A DNA stretch of 64,000 nucleotides from Lama guanicoe. Lineage: Eukaryota. The notes below the pieces were generated by a model. That model ran no database searches and was not told where the DNA came from. It was given only the letters and a program-made list of their open reading frames with translations. Shown here one piece after another: positions 50,101-62,586 of this stretch. The stretch lies in assembly GCA_013239625.1 (NCBI GenBank), contig MU053629.1:4119567-4183566 (forward strand). Reading direction: 5' to 3'. A program made the translations under genes and the position numbers. How positions within the stretch are numbered: position 1 is the stretch's first letter; the number at the start of each line of letters is the position of its first letter.

Positions 50101-53100
50101 ATTGTGATAAGCCTTTTGAAGTCAAGGACTTAGGCTGTTTCTTTGGCTGGTTATGGTACTTAGTACCTGCTAGGTACTTAGTAAATTTCAATGAATACTT
50201 GTTAATTGCTGTCTTCCCCTTCTCTGAGTAGGCTCCTGAACACTGGCCTGGTGTCGTGCTGATTTCTGAGGTTATGACTGATTGGCAGACCACCCAGAGA
50301 CCAGATCTTGCCCTCATGAAGCCTGTAGTACAGTTGGAGAGATGAGTATATAATTATGTTCGGAGCATCTACGGTGTGGGTTGTAGCAGCCTGCCTTCGG
50401 GCAGTGTCGGAACAGGAGATTGGGCCTCAGGGAGAGAGAGAGATGGAAGTCAGACTCAGAGGAGACGGTCAGAACCTCTGAATGCTGTGCCTGAGAATGG
50501 CATATTTTCTGACCCAAGCCAGGTTGTTTCAAGATTTCTGTCTCCACGCCTCTAGCAGTCTTGTTTTCCTGTTGACAAAATGAAGGTAAAAATTGCCCTC
50601 GAGTGTGGAGTGGGGGCAGGGTACAGAGCTAAGAGCCTCCTGCCCCCAGGGGAAACTTTTCTAAAGGTTCTTGCAGTATTCTAGCTTCAAAACCCTGTGA
50701 AATATAATTGCATACTTAGCGTCTTTGTGCGTCTCACTGGCTTTGAAGCTGCTGGAAACTTTCTCTGAAAGCATATAGATGAAGAAATAAGAATTCTATA
50801 AATGTTCAGTGGTTAAAAACAAAGAGCTGGCCGATTTATAGAACTTCTTGGTCGTTTTTCTGGTGGAACATTCTGCCGACAGGAATACCCTGGAGTCTTC
50901 CTGTCACAGTCAGCTAATAACTGACTTCAGGTCTGCAAATGTGTTTTTCATTCCAATTCAGAGAAAACAGAGGCTGTCCCAAGGCCTCGTGATGTATTTT
51001 CCTATTGATCTAGGAGCTGGGGTAACTCGGGACCCCCAGAACATCGCAGAGCTAATTAAAGATGGTTCATTTGAGGTTTGCCTGTTTTTCTTGCTGGATG
51101 GAAAAAGTTGCAGTTTTGGCTTTTGTTGTTAAAAAAAAAGAGAACCTATCACCACGGCTGGTCCAGGAGGTGGGGGTGGGGTGTGCACTTCGCAGCACAC
51201 ACGTGACACGCTGCCCTCCTGCCCTCTTCGCAAGGCCCCCCACAGAGAAGCATCCTTGAACATGGGCCATGGAACCAGAGCAGCTACTTCCCTTGAAAAT
51301 TCCTGAGTTTCCAAGAGTAGTTAGTGGCCAGGTGAAGCCTGGGCATGAAACCCAGCGAAGTCGTTCCAGTGTGAGGCGCGTTCTGTTTGACCAGCTCGAG
51401 CTCTGAAGTTAATGGTCCAGGGTCCCCACTCGGAGTCAGCATGTGGGGAGATGGAGGCCCTGACAGCCATTCCAGGGGGCCCCCGACCCTTTGTTTAACC
51501 ACGGCTGTGGACCAGTGGTCTCCGATGTTTACCATCGCCTGTTTATAAGAGGGAAGTGTGGTCACACTTCTATCTCTTTTGTGGGCTGCACGGTCGCCTT
51601 ACTGGGGCTCATGTGGGAAGTGGTTACCGTTCGGAGGAGGGTGAAATAACAGTGCTCACAAAGGGACTTTGATCCAGGAATCTTTTTGAATGTCACCTTT
51701 TGGCCACTGTGTTTTTTGCTTTTATTTTTTGCCTATCGGCCTTAACTTCAGTGACGAGAAAAATCGAACCACACGCTGGACCTCTTTCCACCCAGCTGGG
51801 CTGAATCAAAATTGCATTTCCAAGTGTTTCTCCTCTCCCTGGGTCTCAGTGTGGGGTTGGCTCCCAGCTCCGTGGTCCTGCACAGCTGGGGACCCTCAGC
51901 TTCTGCTGCCCTCTGGGCGTCCATATCCGAGCACCCCAGCAATACTTGGAATTGAACTTCGGCCGTTTCCTTCTGTTCTCCTTCCATAACCTACACTGGT
52001 CTTTATCTTCATCATTATGGGAGCCCTCAGGTTCAATGAAGTGTTGAACCAGTGAGTGAACAGACACAGGAGTGCACGTGAAGGGACTGCGACCTTGGTG
52101 TCCTGTTTCTCTCGTGAGGCTGAGGCCCCTCGGCCACTGTCTGGTGGAGCTTGGCTTTCTGACTTCAGGAAAGTCAGCTTGGCTTCTCTGGGTATCAGTG
52201 TTTGCTCAGTTACTCAAGCTCCAAGAGAGATCCTCTGAGGTCTGGACCAGCTCTGATACTTCACAACACCCCTCTGCCCTCTCTTCCCTGACTTCTTGCT
52301 TTTCATTCGTTTCTTGAAGCACATATTTTCCTGGGGGGCAAATCTAATTTTTCATCTGATGCTCTATCTACCTTCAGACCTGGCCCGTTCATTGATCACC
52401 TTCTTTAACTCTGCTGCAGTCATGGTTTAACTCACCAGATACTTACTGAGCATCTTTAGTTGGTGATGGTGGTGGTACCGCTGCCAGACACCCTGGTCCA
52501 GGAGCTGTCAATGCCCTGCTGATTTAAACAGTCATAAATACCCTGCTGCCTGGAGCTGCCAGGCTTGTGTTGACATGAGGCTCACCTGATGAGAATCTAG
52601 TGCCCGTTCCCAGGCTGGGGGGAATCAGTCTGCAGGCAAAGAGGAATTCTCATTTAGCCCAAGGCAGAGGCTTCCTAAGTGCTTTTAGGCACCAGCTGCG
52701 TTCCAGCCGTGGTGCTGTAAAAATACACGGGAAGGAAGGGAACCGTGTTCACAGGTTGGTTAGAGATTTTGAAACCAACAGTCTGCTCTCTCTTATCCAC
52801 AAGAAACCAGAATACGCTGCGGGCTTTGGGTCTCTCAGCCCCGCAGCTCCACAGAGTGCCCTTTCAAAACCTGGGTAGCCTCTTTCTGCTAATGGCTTTT
52901 TGCATGAGTCTCCGCCAGCCAGTAAGTATATATTCTTTGAGGATTCTGATTTGACCAGCACGCTCAGGCCTCTTTAAAGAGAAGAACCATCTTTGCCCTT
53001 AGCTGTTTTAAGGCTGGCGAAGGAGATAAAGCCGTGAGAGGCTGGCTGCTGAAAGCACATGAGAAATAAACCACAGCTGTTCCTAGGACCTTGCTTTTGT

Positions 53101-53504
53101 TGGGGGGTGGGGGTCCCAGGGGCTCCTGTGTGGTGCTTGGAGGGAGAACCAGAGCGGAAGACCTGGGGTCCAGGCCTGTCTTATTGGGAACCAGCTTCGT
53201 GACCTTGGGTGAGTCACTTTGCTCCCCCGGCCCCTGGTTTCCTCCTTGACAACCGAGAGGTGTCGGCTTAGCAGGATTTTTAACGTTTCTCCACCTTAAA
53301 CGTTCTCATTCTTGAGCTTGCATTCAAAGAAATGACTCTGTTACTCATTCGGAGAGTTTCAGGATCACTGTACAATCACTCCGGGGGCTGGAGACTGGGG
53401 CCCGCGCTTGAAGCGGGATGGAAAGAGGTTAGAGGTGCGGGCTAAGCTGTGACAGCTGGGACGCCTGCTTCCTAATGATTCACATTTGCTTGTCCATCTT
53501 ACTG

Positions 53505-53660
53505 TAGAAGGTTCTTAGCCTTGGCTACTTATAAAAATTCGGGGTACCCAGACCCCGCCTGAGAGCAATTGAGAGTTTCTGCAGGTGGGGCCTGAGCATC
53601 AGTATTTTTAAAGCTGTCCGGGTGATTGTGATATGGAGCCAGGAATGAGAATCAGCAGCC
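53505..53660. mobile_element. MER5-like hAT MITE, degraded
   Basis: ggtggggcctgagcatcagtatttttaaagct...ggtgatt...gccaggaatgagaatca. Confidence 0.65.
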
Positions 53661-55872
53661 TGAGATCTGAGGTAAAGCTGTGTGGTTCAGTGTTCCGGGC
53701 ATCTGTTCTGGGGAAAAGTGATAGTGGTTGGTTTAAAAAAAAAAAAAGTGGATGAAAAGCACATGTACACAGAGAGAAAAAACTTCTAGATTTTAGAAGC
53801 CTGTTGGTTTGGTAATCACAACTGCTGATGGTGAGTTGCTGCCCGGAGGCTTGGAGCCCCAGTTTTCCCATATCTCTGGGTCAGTGGTTTCCCAGCGTCT
53901 CTGAAGTAGTGGAACCATCTGTAGCTGGTTATTGCTGCTTGGGAAACTCAGAGTGCTGAGTCGGGGGAGGGGTGTGGTGGAGCGAGGGCAGGGGTGGGGC
54001 AGGACTGGGTGAAACAGACCATTACCCACACCCACACTTTTTTTCATGAAGCTCAGTCAGAGGCCTCAGCCGGCGCTGGCGTCCCTCAGCGTCGGATCCT
54101 CGGCAGCCTCCTGGTGGATTTCAGGGGCTGTGGAAGTGCGTCAGCTACGCTGTTCCCTGGGCTTCGGTGAAAGTGTTCCTGCCTTCGATGGAGAGCATCT
54201 CGCTACTTCATCAGCTGTAGCATCCCCAGCCTCCCGCGTGTGCCCAGTTGTTCGTGGTTTCCCGCATGGACGCCATCCGCACAGCCTAGGAAGTCAGGGG
54301 GCACAGCTGTCCAGATGGAACATGGCTGGGAAAGGGCAGCTAAACTCTAGTGTCTTTTCAGGTAGAGGGAAGGGCATGCTGTGGTGGTGGTAGGACCACA
54401 AAGGTGAATTTAATGGGTATGAAGTGAGCTTCAGGAGGGAAGAGGTCTTGTCAGTACTCCTCAAGCCCGAAGAGCTTCACAGGTGGGAGGGGCCTGGGCC
54501 GAGGGGCTTTTAAAACGCTAAGGCTGGAGATGCAGGTGTAGACACTTAGGCCAGATGGAGGCTGCTGGTTTTCGGATAAATGAGGCATCCGTCAGTCAGT
54601 AGTTAGGAAGCAAGGCACTCAGAGAAATGGCAAATTTGGCTCCTGCCCTCAGAGAGCTTCCATTCTTCCTGGGGGTTTGAATGCACAAGTGCAGGACAGG
54701 AGTGGAGGCCTTCTGTGCTGCGGTCACAGGGCAAGTACCCAGGGTTCAGAAGGTGGGGTGATGGGTAGGGGGATGGGATGGATGCACCAAGGGACGTGGC
54801 CTGAGCTAGTGAAAGGAGACGCGGGGCCCCACCGTTGAACTGGGCCTGTCTCCCCGCTTCTAATGCGACGTTGGCTATCTCTGGGGAGCAGCCCTGAGGG
54901 GCACCCCACTGCTAGCAGGAATAACTTGATGTTCTCTGCTTTTGGGAGGCAATTTTCCTCTGCTCTTTCCTTCCCCTGCAGAGGAGGGGTCGTCTTGGCC
55001 AGCCTCCTGCCTTGATGATTACCATCCGCCCACCTGAATTTCCCAGAAATACCATGTAAGGTGATTGTGCTTGGTTCCGGTAACCACCCGGCTGCCTCTC
55101 AGCGGTGACTGCATCTCAGGTTAGGATGGGAATGATTATCTGCGCATCAGAAAACTCACGATTGTCCTGCGAGCAAGTTGCGTGATCATCAGCAAATGCA
55201 GGACTGGCTCTGGTAGGCCCTGACGGTGGCCAAGGCTATTATTTCTCTGTGGGTAATTATTCCTGGCTTCACGGTCACGAGCCGAGCATAGTCAGGGGCA
55301 GATAAGAAAGCTGTACACGGAGCAAAGTACGTTTTTCTTAAGGTGGGCGGCACTGGCCTTATATATATGTGTGTGTTTAAAAAAAGACCTATATTTTCTG
55401 GGCAGTAGAACTCAAGTTTCCAGTAAACATCTCCTCCCTTTTTACTTTACCTTTTAATTTGGTGTTTATGGTCTCTGTGCTTTGAAATTGTTTTTGTTGT
55501 GATGCCAGCTCAGCCTGAAATGGTGGGGGATGGGGAGGCGAGCCAGGCCCTTCAGAAAATGTGGTTTCCATCAGAGTTCTTAAGAGTTCCTCTGGCCCAG
55601 CTGATGGATGGATGCTCAGCGGTAATTGCTGGAACCCTTCTAGGAGAATAAAAGCGGAGACCTGGGGCTGGAGGTGGGAGGGGCTATGCATTGAGTCGTC
55701 TCTCCCCGATTATCGCCTTTACCTTGGCAGGAATCACCTGTGTAGAATTCTGGTCCGGGGTTTGCTTTCCTGTTTCCCCACTGGCCTGTGTCGATGCTTT
55801 GCTCTGGAAATCAGACCTGCCTGGCGCCCCGAACCTGGAACGAGTTCTCCGAGACTGTGGCTTGGAGGCTGG

Positions 55873-55897
55873 GCGCACGCGCGCGCGCGCGCGCGCG

Positions 55898-55940
<43 letters not shown>
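55873..55940. repeat. Compound (GC)14(AC)17+ microsatellite
   Basis: Uninterrupted purine-pyrimidine alternation for 68 nt, running into the gap. Confidence 0.95.
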
Positions 55941-55979
55941 NNNNNNNNNNNNNNNNNNNNNNNNNNNNNNNNNNNNNNN
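55941..55979. other. Assembly gap (39 N) following a CG/CA microsatellite
   Basis: Run of n characters. Confidence 0.99.
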
Positions 55980-58900
55980 GGAACGGGGCGGGGGGAGAAA
56001 GTCTCCCAGTGCAGCAACGCTGCCCAGGCTGCGCGGTGGGGGCCGGCGCGAAGGAAGCACAGGCAGTGTTCTGCTGCTTTCTTACACCTTCTAGTTCAGC
56101 GCAGCCAGGAGGGCTGTCTCAGAATCCACCCCCTCCAGGGCCAACCCCCCCCCACCCCGATCTGAGGGAGCAGCTGCTGGGGGTGGGGTGGAGGGAAGCA
56201 GGTCCCCTCAGCGGTTCACACCTGGGGTCCGGGAGCACATAGTGTGGGCTGGGCTGCTCATACCTCTGCCCAGGTGCCCCTTCTCTGGCCCGAGAGAGCC
56301 CAGTGAACCGAGAAGGGAGGGCCCTTCCCCAGGGACCCTCATCACCCTGCCCCGCAGAGTTCCCAGGAGACCCCAGTGGAGCATATGACACAGAGCAAAC
56401 CATCCTGCATGTGTACACACCCAGCAGCTTTCTCTTGCAAGGTGGGCTTTTTTTTTGGCCGGTGATGGGGAGGAGGGGGAGATGGCTGCCTTTTTTTTTT
56501 CTTTTAAGTTCTGAAGACACTAGGCTGCCAGACCCCAGAGGGATGAGAGAGACGCTGGAAACCTGCGTGCTGCCCTCTTCCTGCTCAGCTCTCCCCGCCC
56601 AGCCACCGTTGCTGCTTGGCAGCTTTCTCGCTGGCTTTTTCCCCACTTTCCTTTCCCTGTGAGCCTCTTGATTCTCAACAGCAGGAAAAGAAGCCAAGGG
56701 TCCCTCTACCTGTGACTTGCATCTCCCCCCTCCCCTGGGGTCACAGGGCATGGAGCACACTTCGATAGTTTGCGGAGCAACTTCCCACTGTCCTGCCTTC
56801 ACAGCAGTGGGTGGAGGCGGGAAGTGGCCTTACCTCTGTTTGGGAGGTGACCGGGGACAGTCTGTGTTAGTGGAGGAGCGGGGACTGAAGCCCTTCTCTG
56901 GTCCTTTGACAGGGACGTTCGTTGTGGCCGCCAAAATAAATGCACATGGCGTGTGTGCTCAAGAGGGTTCTCAGGATATCACTCCAACCATAAGGGGTTC
57001 TTTTCCAACCGCTGTCCCTGGGAAGGGGGGACACCACCACCGTGACATTTTATGGACTGTATCTTACAGCATACAAAGCACCGTCACATACATGATTTTA
57101 TTTCATCTTTGTAACGATCCCTGGAAGTAGATGCTGGCCGAGACGAGCAAAGCGGGGAGGCCTGGAGATGTGAGTGACTCGGCCCAGGGCCCCCAGCTAG
57201 TCAGCCGCCCAGTAGGAAGGGGGCAGCACCAGCTGGAAGCCGTGGATGGGGAAGCGAGAGTCCAGTAGTGTCCTCGGTGGTGACACCAGCAGTTGGAGGC
57301 ATTGGATTTTGCTGTTCTTGCCTGTGAAGCCACACAGGGTCGAGGTTCCTGACCTGACTCCCCCCCAGAGGGCCTGACTGCATGCCCCACCCCGCGTGGA
57401 AGTCTGGATGGTAGGCAAGGAAGAGGGCACAGCCAGGCCGAGTGCAGGCTGCCCGAGGGAGTGGGGACAGGCTGCTCAGGAGGGACTGGAGTCGGGGTTC
57501 ACCCTGCTCAAGGTGGGGCTTTGTATTTCGCACAACTGAGAGGCCGACTTTGCAGGGCACGTGCAGGAAGGCAGCCCTTCAAATCAGGGCGCGTCTTGTG
57601 TAGTAGGAAGACCGGGAGTCTGGAGTCTGACCGATTTGTTGAAAATCCCAACTCTGCTCCTCAGTAGCCGTGGTCTCTTGGGACAGTCACTTCAACACTT
57701 TGAACGTCACCCTGGGGCTACTCACTGTGTCCTGCGGAAACGTGGGGTCCCTGCCACGGTGTGGGTCGTAGATAGTCATTCCCCTGGTCAGAAGGGACTT
57801 GAGAGGTTATCTAGTCCAGCCCCTTCCAGAGATGGAGGCTGAGGCTGTGGAAGGAACAGTGACTTGCCCAGGATCGTGGTAAACGAATGGGGAGAGTGGA
57901 GTTGGGGCCAGGTCTCTGGATCCCATGCCTGGGTGTTTTACTTGTTTGTGCTTTGCGGGAACCTGGGTAGCTTTTCTTGCTGGTTCACAGCCCGGCCGAT
58001 AGCCATACCTCTGAGTAGTTAGTTGTCTGATGAAGTCAAGTCAGCCAGCCCCCAGGGATGGAAGTGTGAGGCCTCTCCGGTCAGCTTCTTGGGGAGAGCA
58101 GGATGGGCTGGGGGAGAACCGGGCAGGGTGCTTGGGACTTTCTGATGCTGGCCTGCCGTGAACCACTGTAAGCTGACTCGTAGTTTTCTAAGTATGTTGG
58201 ACGGTGAGCATGGTTCAGATGCTGAGATGGTCCACCCCAGGGCTTTGGGGGGGCGACGTGCATTTCTTGTAAGCCCTCGCTGCTGCTTGCTGCTGCAGCC
58301 CCCACCCCCATTTTCCCCTTGGGCTTTAAACCCTCCTTGGCTTGGGCCTCACAGCAGCCCATCGCACTGGTGGGCGTCCCAGTCCGTTTTGTGCAGGGTT
58401 GTCAGCCTGAAATATTATAAACAGACCACCAAACTGTGTTTGGTCCGAGGCCAAGAACCTCCTTCTCCACTTGAGTGTTTGATTATCGGCTGCGGTGTTC
58501 AGCCTGGAGTTCAGTGCGGGAATCCAGTGTGATTTCTTCTGTTGTTACCAGCTGGTTTTGTGGAGTCTTTCTTTTGATTTTAATTGGGCCTCTTGGGAGA
58601 GAGAAACCCTAAAAATGGCGAGAAAATAAGACCCCCCCTCCCCCCAGCACCCCAGGCGCACACACGTTGCTGCCATGATGCTTCGTAGACGTGGTTGAAC
58701 AGAATCCGCTCTGGCTTTCCACATCCTCTTTCATTATTCCTGCTCCCCAAGCTGCCTCTGGCCCTTGTCTCCTCTGAATGGGTTCTCGGCCAGAGTGTCC
58801 ACCTGAGATGGGAGCTACCTCCACTGAATGAGGGCTGAAGGTGGTTTGGGTGTCGCCCAGCGTGACCTGCCTCGCCGTGGAGGCCAGCGTTGTGGTGATA

Positions 58901-59280
58901 CGTTGTGTGACCTCTTTAGCAAGTGAGTCACTCACCCCCAGGTAACCACCGCTACTTTCAGGGGGGAACTGCTCGTATCGTTGTGGCTGTGGCCCTGGTT
59001 TCCCCAAAATAAGGTGTTTTTAGAAATGAAAGTGCAGGGATTGGCTTCCTTAGATTCGTTGTCGTGGACTCATGGTTCCCTTCCTTATAAAGACTCAACC
59101 TTGTTTTCTCTTAAATCGGGTGTTTGGTACCAGTTTTATCTATTAGCAGTTAATAGTAAGTAACTGACACTCCTCACGTTTTGGGAAGAAAACCTTCATA
59201 TTTTTACCTCTTTTAATTTTTCCATATTATCTTCTGCAGCCGTTCGCTTGCATGAGCATTTTTGTGTAGCCACAGTCAGA

Positions 59281-59920
59281 GTATATTAGTCAGCGTAACC
59301 GGGAAAGCAGGGACGCCATCAAGTATTGGCCACAAAGGGAATTTAATGTGGGGCCTTGGTTACGCAGGTGAGAGAAGAAGCTGAGAAGCCAAAAATGGGA
59401 AGGCGCGGTGACCGAGAGCTTAGTGGCAGCAGGCCACTGCTGCCTGTAGGCTGGAGGGACGAAGAGAAGAGGTGGTGTGCGCAGGGTCAGGGTCGTGGGT
59501 GGGCTTACTTAGAGAAGGTACAGCTGTTTCTTTCCTTTTTATTTTTTCGGGGGGGAGGTAATCAGGTTTATTTATTTATTTATTTTTAATGGAGGGACTG
59601 GGAGTTGAACCCAGGACCTCGTGCATGCTAAACACATGCTCTACCACCGAGCCATCCCCTTCCTGCCAAGATGCAGCTGTTTCTAAGAAGCCCACCCAAG
59701 ACAGATTGGGGAGAAGGGAGAAGCGCCCTGGACGCGCCCTTCCTCCTGCCCTCCGCTTTCCACCAGCCCTGCTGCTGTCCACGCCCCCTCCTGCCCCCCA
59801 ACCCCAGTTGCTCCCTGACATGAGGCCTAGAGAGTCAGAGGTCAGCCCTGGGACGTACAGAGCAGAGCACAGGAAGCCAAGGAAGGGCTTGGAGGACACA
59901 GGGGACCTGGACCAGCACAG
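59281..59920. mobile_element. Ancient LTR (LTR78/79-like) carrying a SINE insertion
   Basis: tattagtcag...aagggaatttaatgtgggg...tggttacgcaggtg...agctgagaagccaaa, ending ccagcaca; family assignment uncertain. Confidence 0.55.
59532..59667 (-). mobile_element. tRNA-derived SINE (camelid Vic-1-like)
   Basis: Reverse-strand A and B boxes (gaacccaggacctcgtgcatgcta...ctctaccaccgagc); TSD aaggtacagctgtttct (59515-59531) / aagatgcagctgtttct (59668-59684), 15/17. Confidence 0.9.
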
Positions 59921-60058
59921 GGTGCCAGCCTGCTGTTCTGATCTGATTTTGCCCTGAGCGTTTCCACATGGTCTTCATAATTACACGTGATCTCAAGTGC
60001 ATGTACCGTGGCTAACCATTCCCCGGCTGTTGGGAGAATGCTTAAAATGATGATAAAC

Positions 60059-60236
60059 CAGCAGTTCTCAAAGTGTCGTCACCAACCAGCAGGTCTCAAC
60101 AGCACCAGGGAACTTGTTAGAAATGCAGAGTGTCAGGCCCAACCCAGGCCTCTGACTCCGAACCCCTGGCGGTGGGGCCCGGCAATGTGTGTTTCCTCTG
60201 GAGGATGCTGGCATGCATTCGGATTGGAGAACCACC
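60059..60236. mobile_element. MER5A-like hAT MITE
   Basis: cagcagttctcaaagtgt...gggaacttgttagaaatgcag...ggtggggccc...tggagaaccac, with terminal inverted repeats. Confidence 0.85.
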
Positions 60237-60679
60237 TCACAGGTGACGCACTGCACTGTAGGAGGGGACAGGACACTGAGGGTACTGTTGGTCAGGGGTC
60301 TTTATCCAGAGCATGTGGGGTGGCCAGAAAGGTACAAGACCCCGGGGCTGTTCACCTCTGGGGTCAAGCCTCCCCCTTGCCCTTTACCTCTCTGGGTGGT
60401 CCTTTTCTTGTTTGATATTTTCAGACGTTGAACCATGGCGGTGCTATGAGGATTAAATGACAAAACGGGCACGATGTTCCCTGTATGTTGGGTTGTCTTA
60501 AGCTTTGGGGGAGGAAGGGGGGCGATAGCAGAGGAAATTGGCCCTGGTGCTCATACCTGAGGGGTGTGGCCTGAAAGTGAACGATGAGGACTTAGGAGGC
60601 TGAAAGTGAACTTCAAGGCTATAGGACTCGTGGAGGGCGAGTTCCACGTCCGTAGTCAGGCTTCCCTTCCCCACGCCAG

Positions 60680-60774
60680 TTTTGGTTTTGCTTTTTAATG
60701 AAGGTACTGGGGATGGAACCCAGGACCTCGTGCATGCTAGGCACGCACTCTACCACTGAGCTATACCCTCCCGC
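60680..60774 (-). mobile_element. tRNA-derived SINE (short Vic-1-like form)
   Basis: ggtactggggatggaacccaggacctcgtgcatgctaggcacgcactctaccactgagctataccctccc; same family as the other two copies, without the extended tail. Confidence 0.88.
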
Positions 60775-62586
60775 TATCTGTCCCTCTCCCTTGTCTGACC
60801 ACTTGGTGGACTAGAAAGGACCCTGATCTCAGACCGGGACCCCTGGTTTCCCATCCTGGCTCTGTCTTCTTGGGGGTGTCACTTAACCTTTCAGAGCCGC
60901 ACTTTCCTTATTTGTAAAACCTCTACCCTCGCTGACTATGGTGCAGATCAGGTGGGTTGATGGATATGAAATCTGCCTTGAACCTTAGTGGGCCCCTTAA
61001 ATATAAAGCCTTTAGGGTCCGCACCTCCACGGGAACCCTTCGCCAGCCTTGCCATCCCCATAAGCCTTTCATTCTGTTCCCAGTGCGGAAGGTGCTTCAT
61101 CCAGGTTTGTCAGCGAAGGCGGGCGTCCGGGGGCATCCTCGTTCTAACAGCCACCTGCGGGAAGCAGCGGGCCTGGAGTCTCGCACACGTCTTTCTCTTT
61201 TAATCCTTCCAGCGGCCCTACCAAGTAGGGAGTCTTACGAGACGCAACCAAGGCCCAGCTAGCTTAAGAGGAAGGATGTGAGCAAACCCAGTCCTGAGGG
61301 GACAGACAGAGGCCCACTTGGCCTCAGAGCCATCCTTAGAGCTGCCGTTGCTAAGAAGGGAAAGAGGAACTGGGGAAAGGCTCCTGCTGACTCCTGGTGA
61401 TGCATCAGGCCAGCAAGTATCCTGGGGGCCAATCGACGAGCCCGTCGGAGCTGGTGGGGAGGCTGGCTGCCTGGCAGAAACACGGGTGTTCCCATCTGAC
61501 TACCACTGGCGGCACCTGTGAGAAACCTCGTGGACCAATGTGAGGACCAGCCACTACGCTCCTGCAGGCTTGGATGCCTTCCGTGTTTAATGGCTGAGGA
61601 AGCTGAGGCTCAGAGATGTCCAGTCATTTATGTGAGGTCACACAGGCAAGGAATCAGCCCAGACCACGTCTTTTCTGGTCCAGGACTCTTTGCCGGACAC
61701 CCAGGTGCGTTTCCCAGTCCCAGGCATGGCCAGCACTTGGCAGTTTTGCATACCCTTTCCCACGCGTCCTATGGGAGGTCCTCAGGGCAGGCAGCATGGC
61801 TGCGTGGGGTGGTCAGCCGTGTGACAAGTCCTACAGATCAGCCTACGTCTTGGGCAGGTCAGAAAACGCATTGTCCTCCAGCCAACAAACGTTGTCCTAC
61901 TGTTTGGGTTGCAGGGGGAGGTGACATCAAGATGGGTGGGAAGCCTGGGGGACGGGAGCACCATCTGTACCCTTTCACTGCACCTTTGGGGTCAGTGGTG
62001 CCATCTTCCCACCTGGTGGCTTCCCCCCCTCCTCCCCCGCATCCCTGCCCCGGGCAGGGCTGAGGGTGTTAACCTGGCCACCCTCTAAGGTAGACTCAGC
62101 ACAAAACAATCTTATTGTTCAAGCTCTGCTCAAAATTGCTAGCCTGGGGAGAAGGCTGTGGCAGGGCAGGGTGGGTGTGATATCTTGGAATGTGGACCTG
62201 CTCGGGCAGGTCCTAATGACTGTAAATAACTGTGTTGGAGGCAGGACCTGAGCTTCTAACTCAACAAATAAGCATTATTTCTGATATAGCCTGGACCATC
62301 TGAGGATCATAATTACCTGAGATCTGCTTGACAGGCATTCAGGGAAACGAACACGGCTGCAGGGAACCTAGAAAAGGGCGCGCCCTGTACCTTTAACAGG
62401 TGTCTCCGAGAGGCCTTTGCCATTCATTCTTTCTTGAAATCCTGGCAGGTGGCTTCCGGCTTGATGGACCAGAGGTTTTTGGAGTCAGTTACTCTTTTAC
62501 TTTCCTTTCCTGGACTTAAATGCACTTGAGTTTTAACCCAGCTCTGCTGCCAGCCTCTGGGCGGGCGTCAGGGCTGCGTGGAGGGG

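Noticed and set aside
56119..56802. 227-aa minus-strand ORF in intron 1
   Set aside because: No recognisable homology or exon structure; includes homopolymer-derived lysine runs.
60700..60774. tRNA-Ala-like sequence (also at 19633 and 59590-59665)
   Set aside because: No proper acceptor stem, A-rich tails, and TSDs on two copies: these are SINE heads, not tRNA genes.
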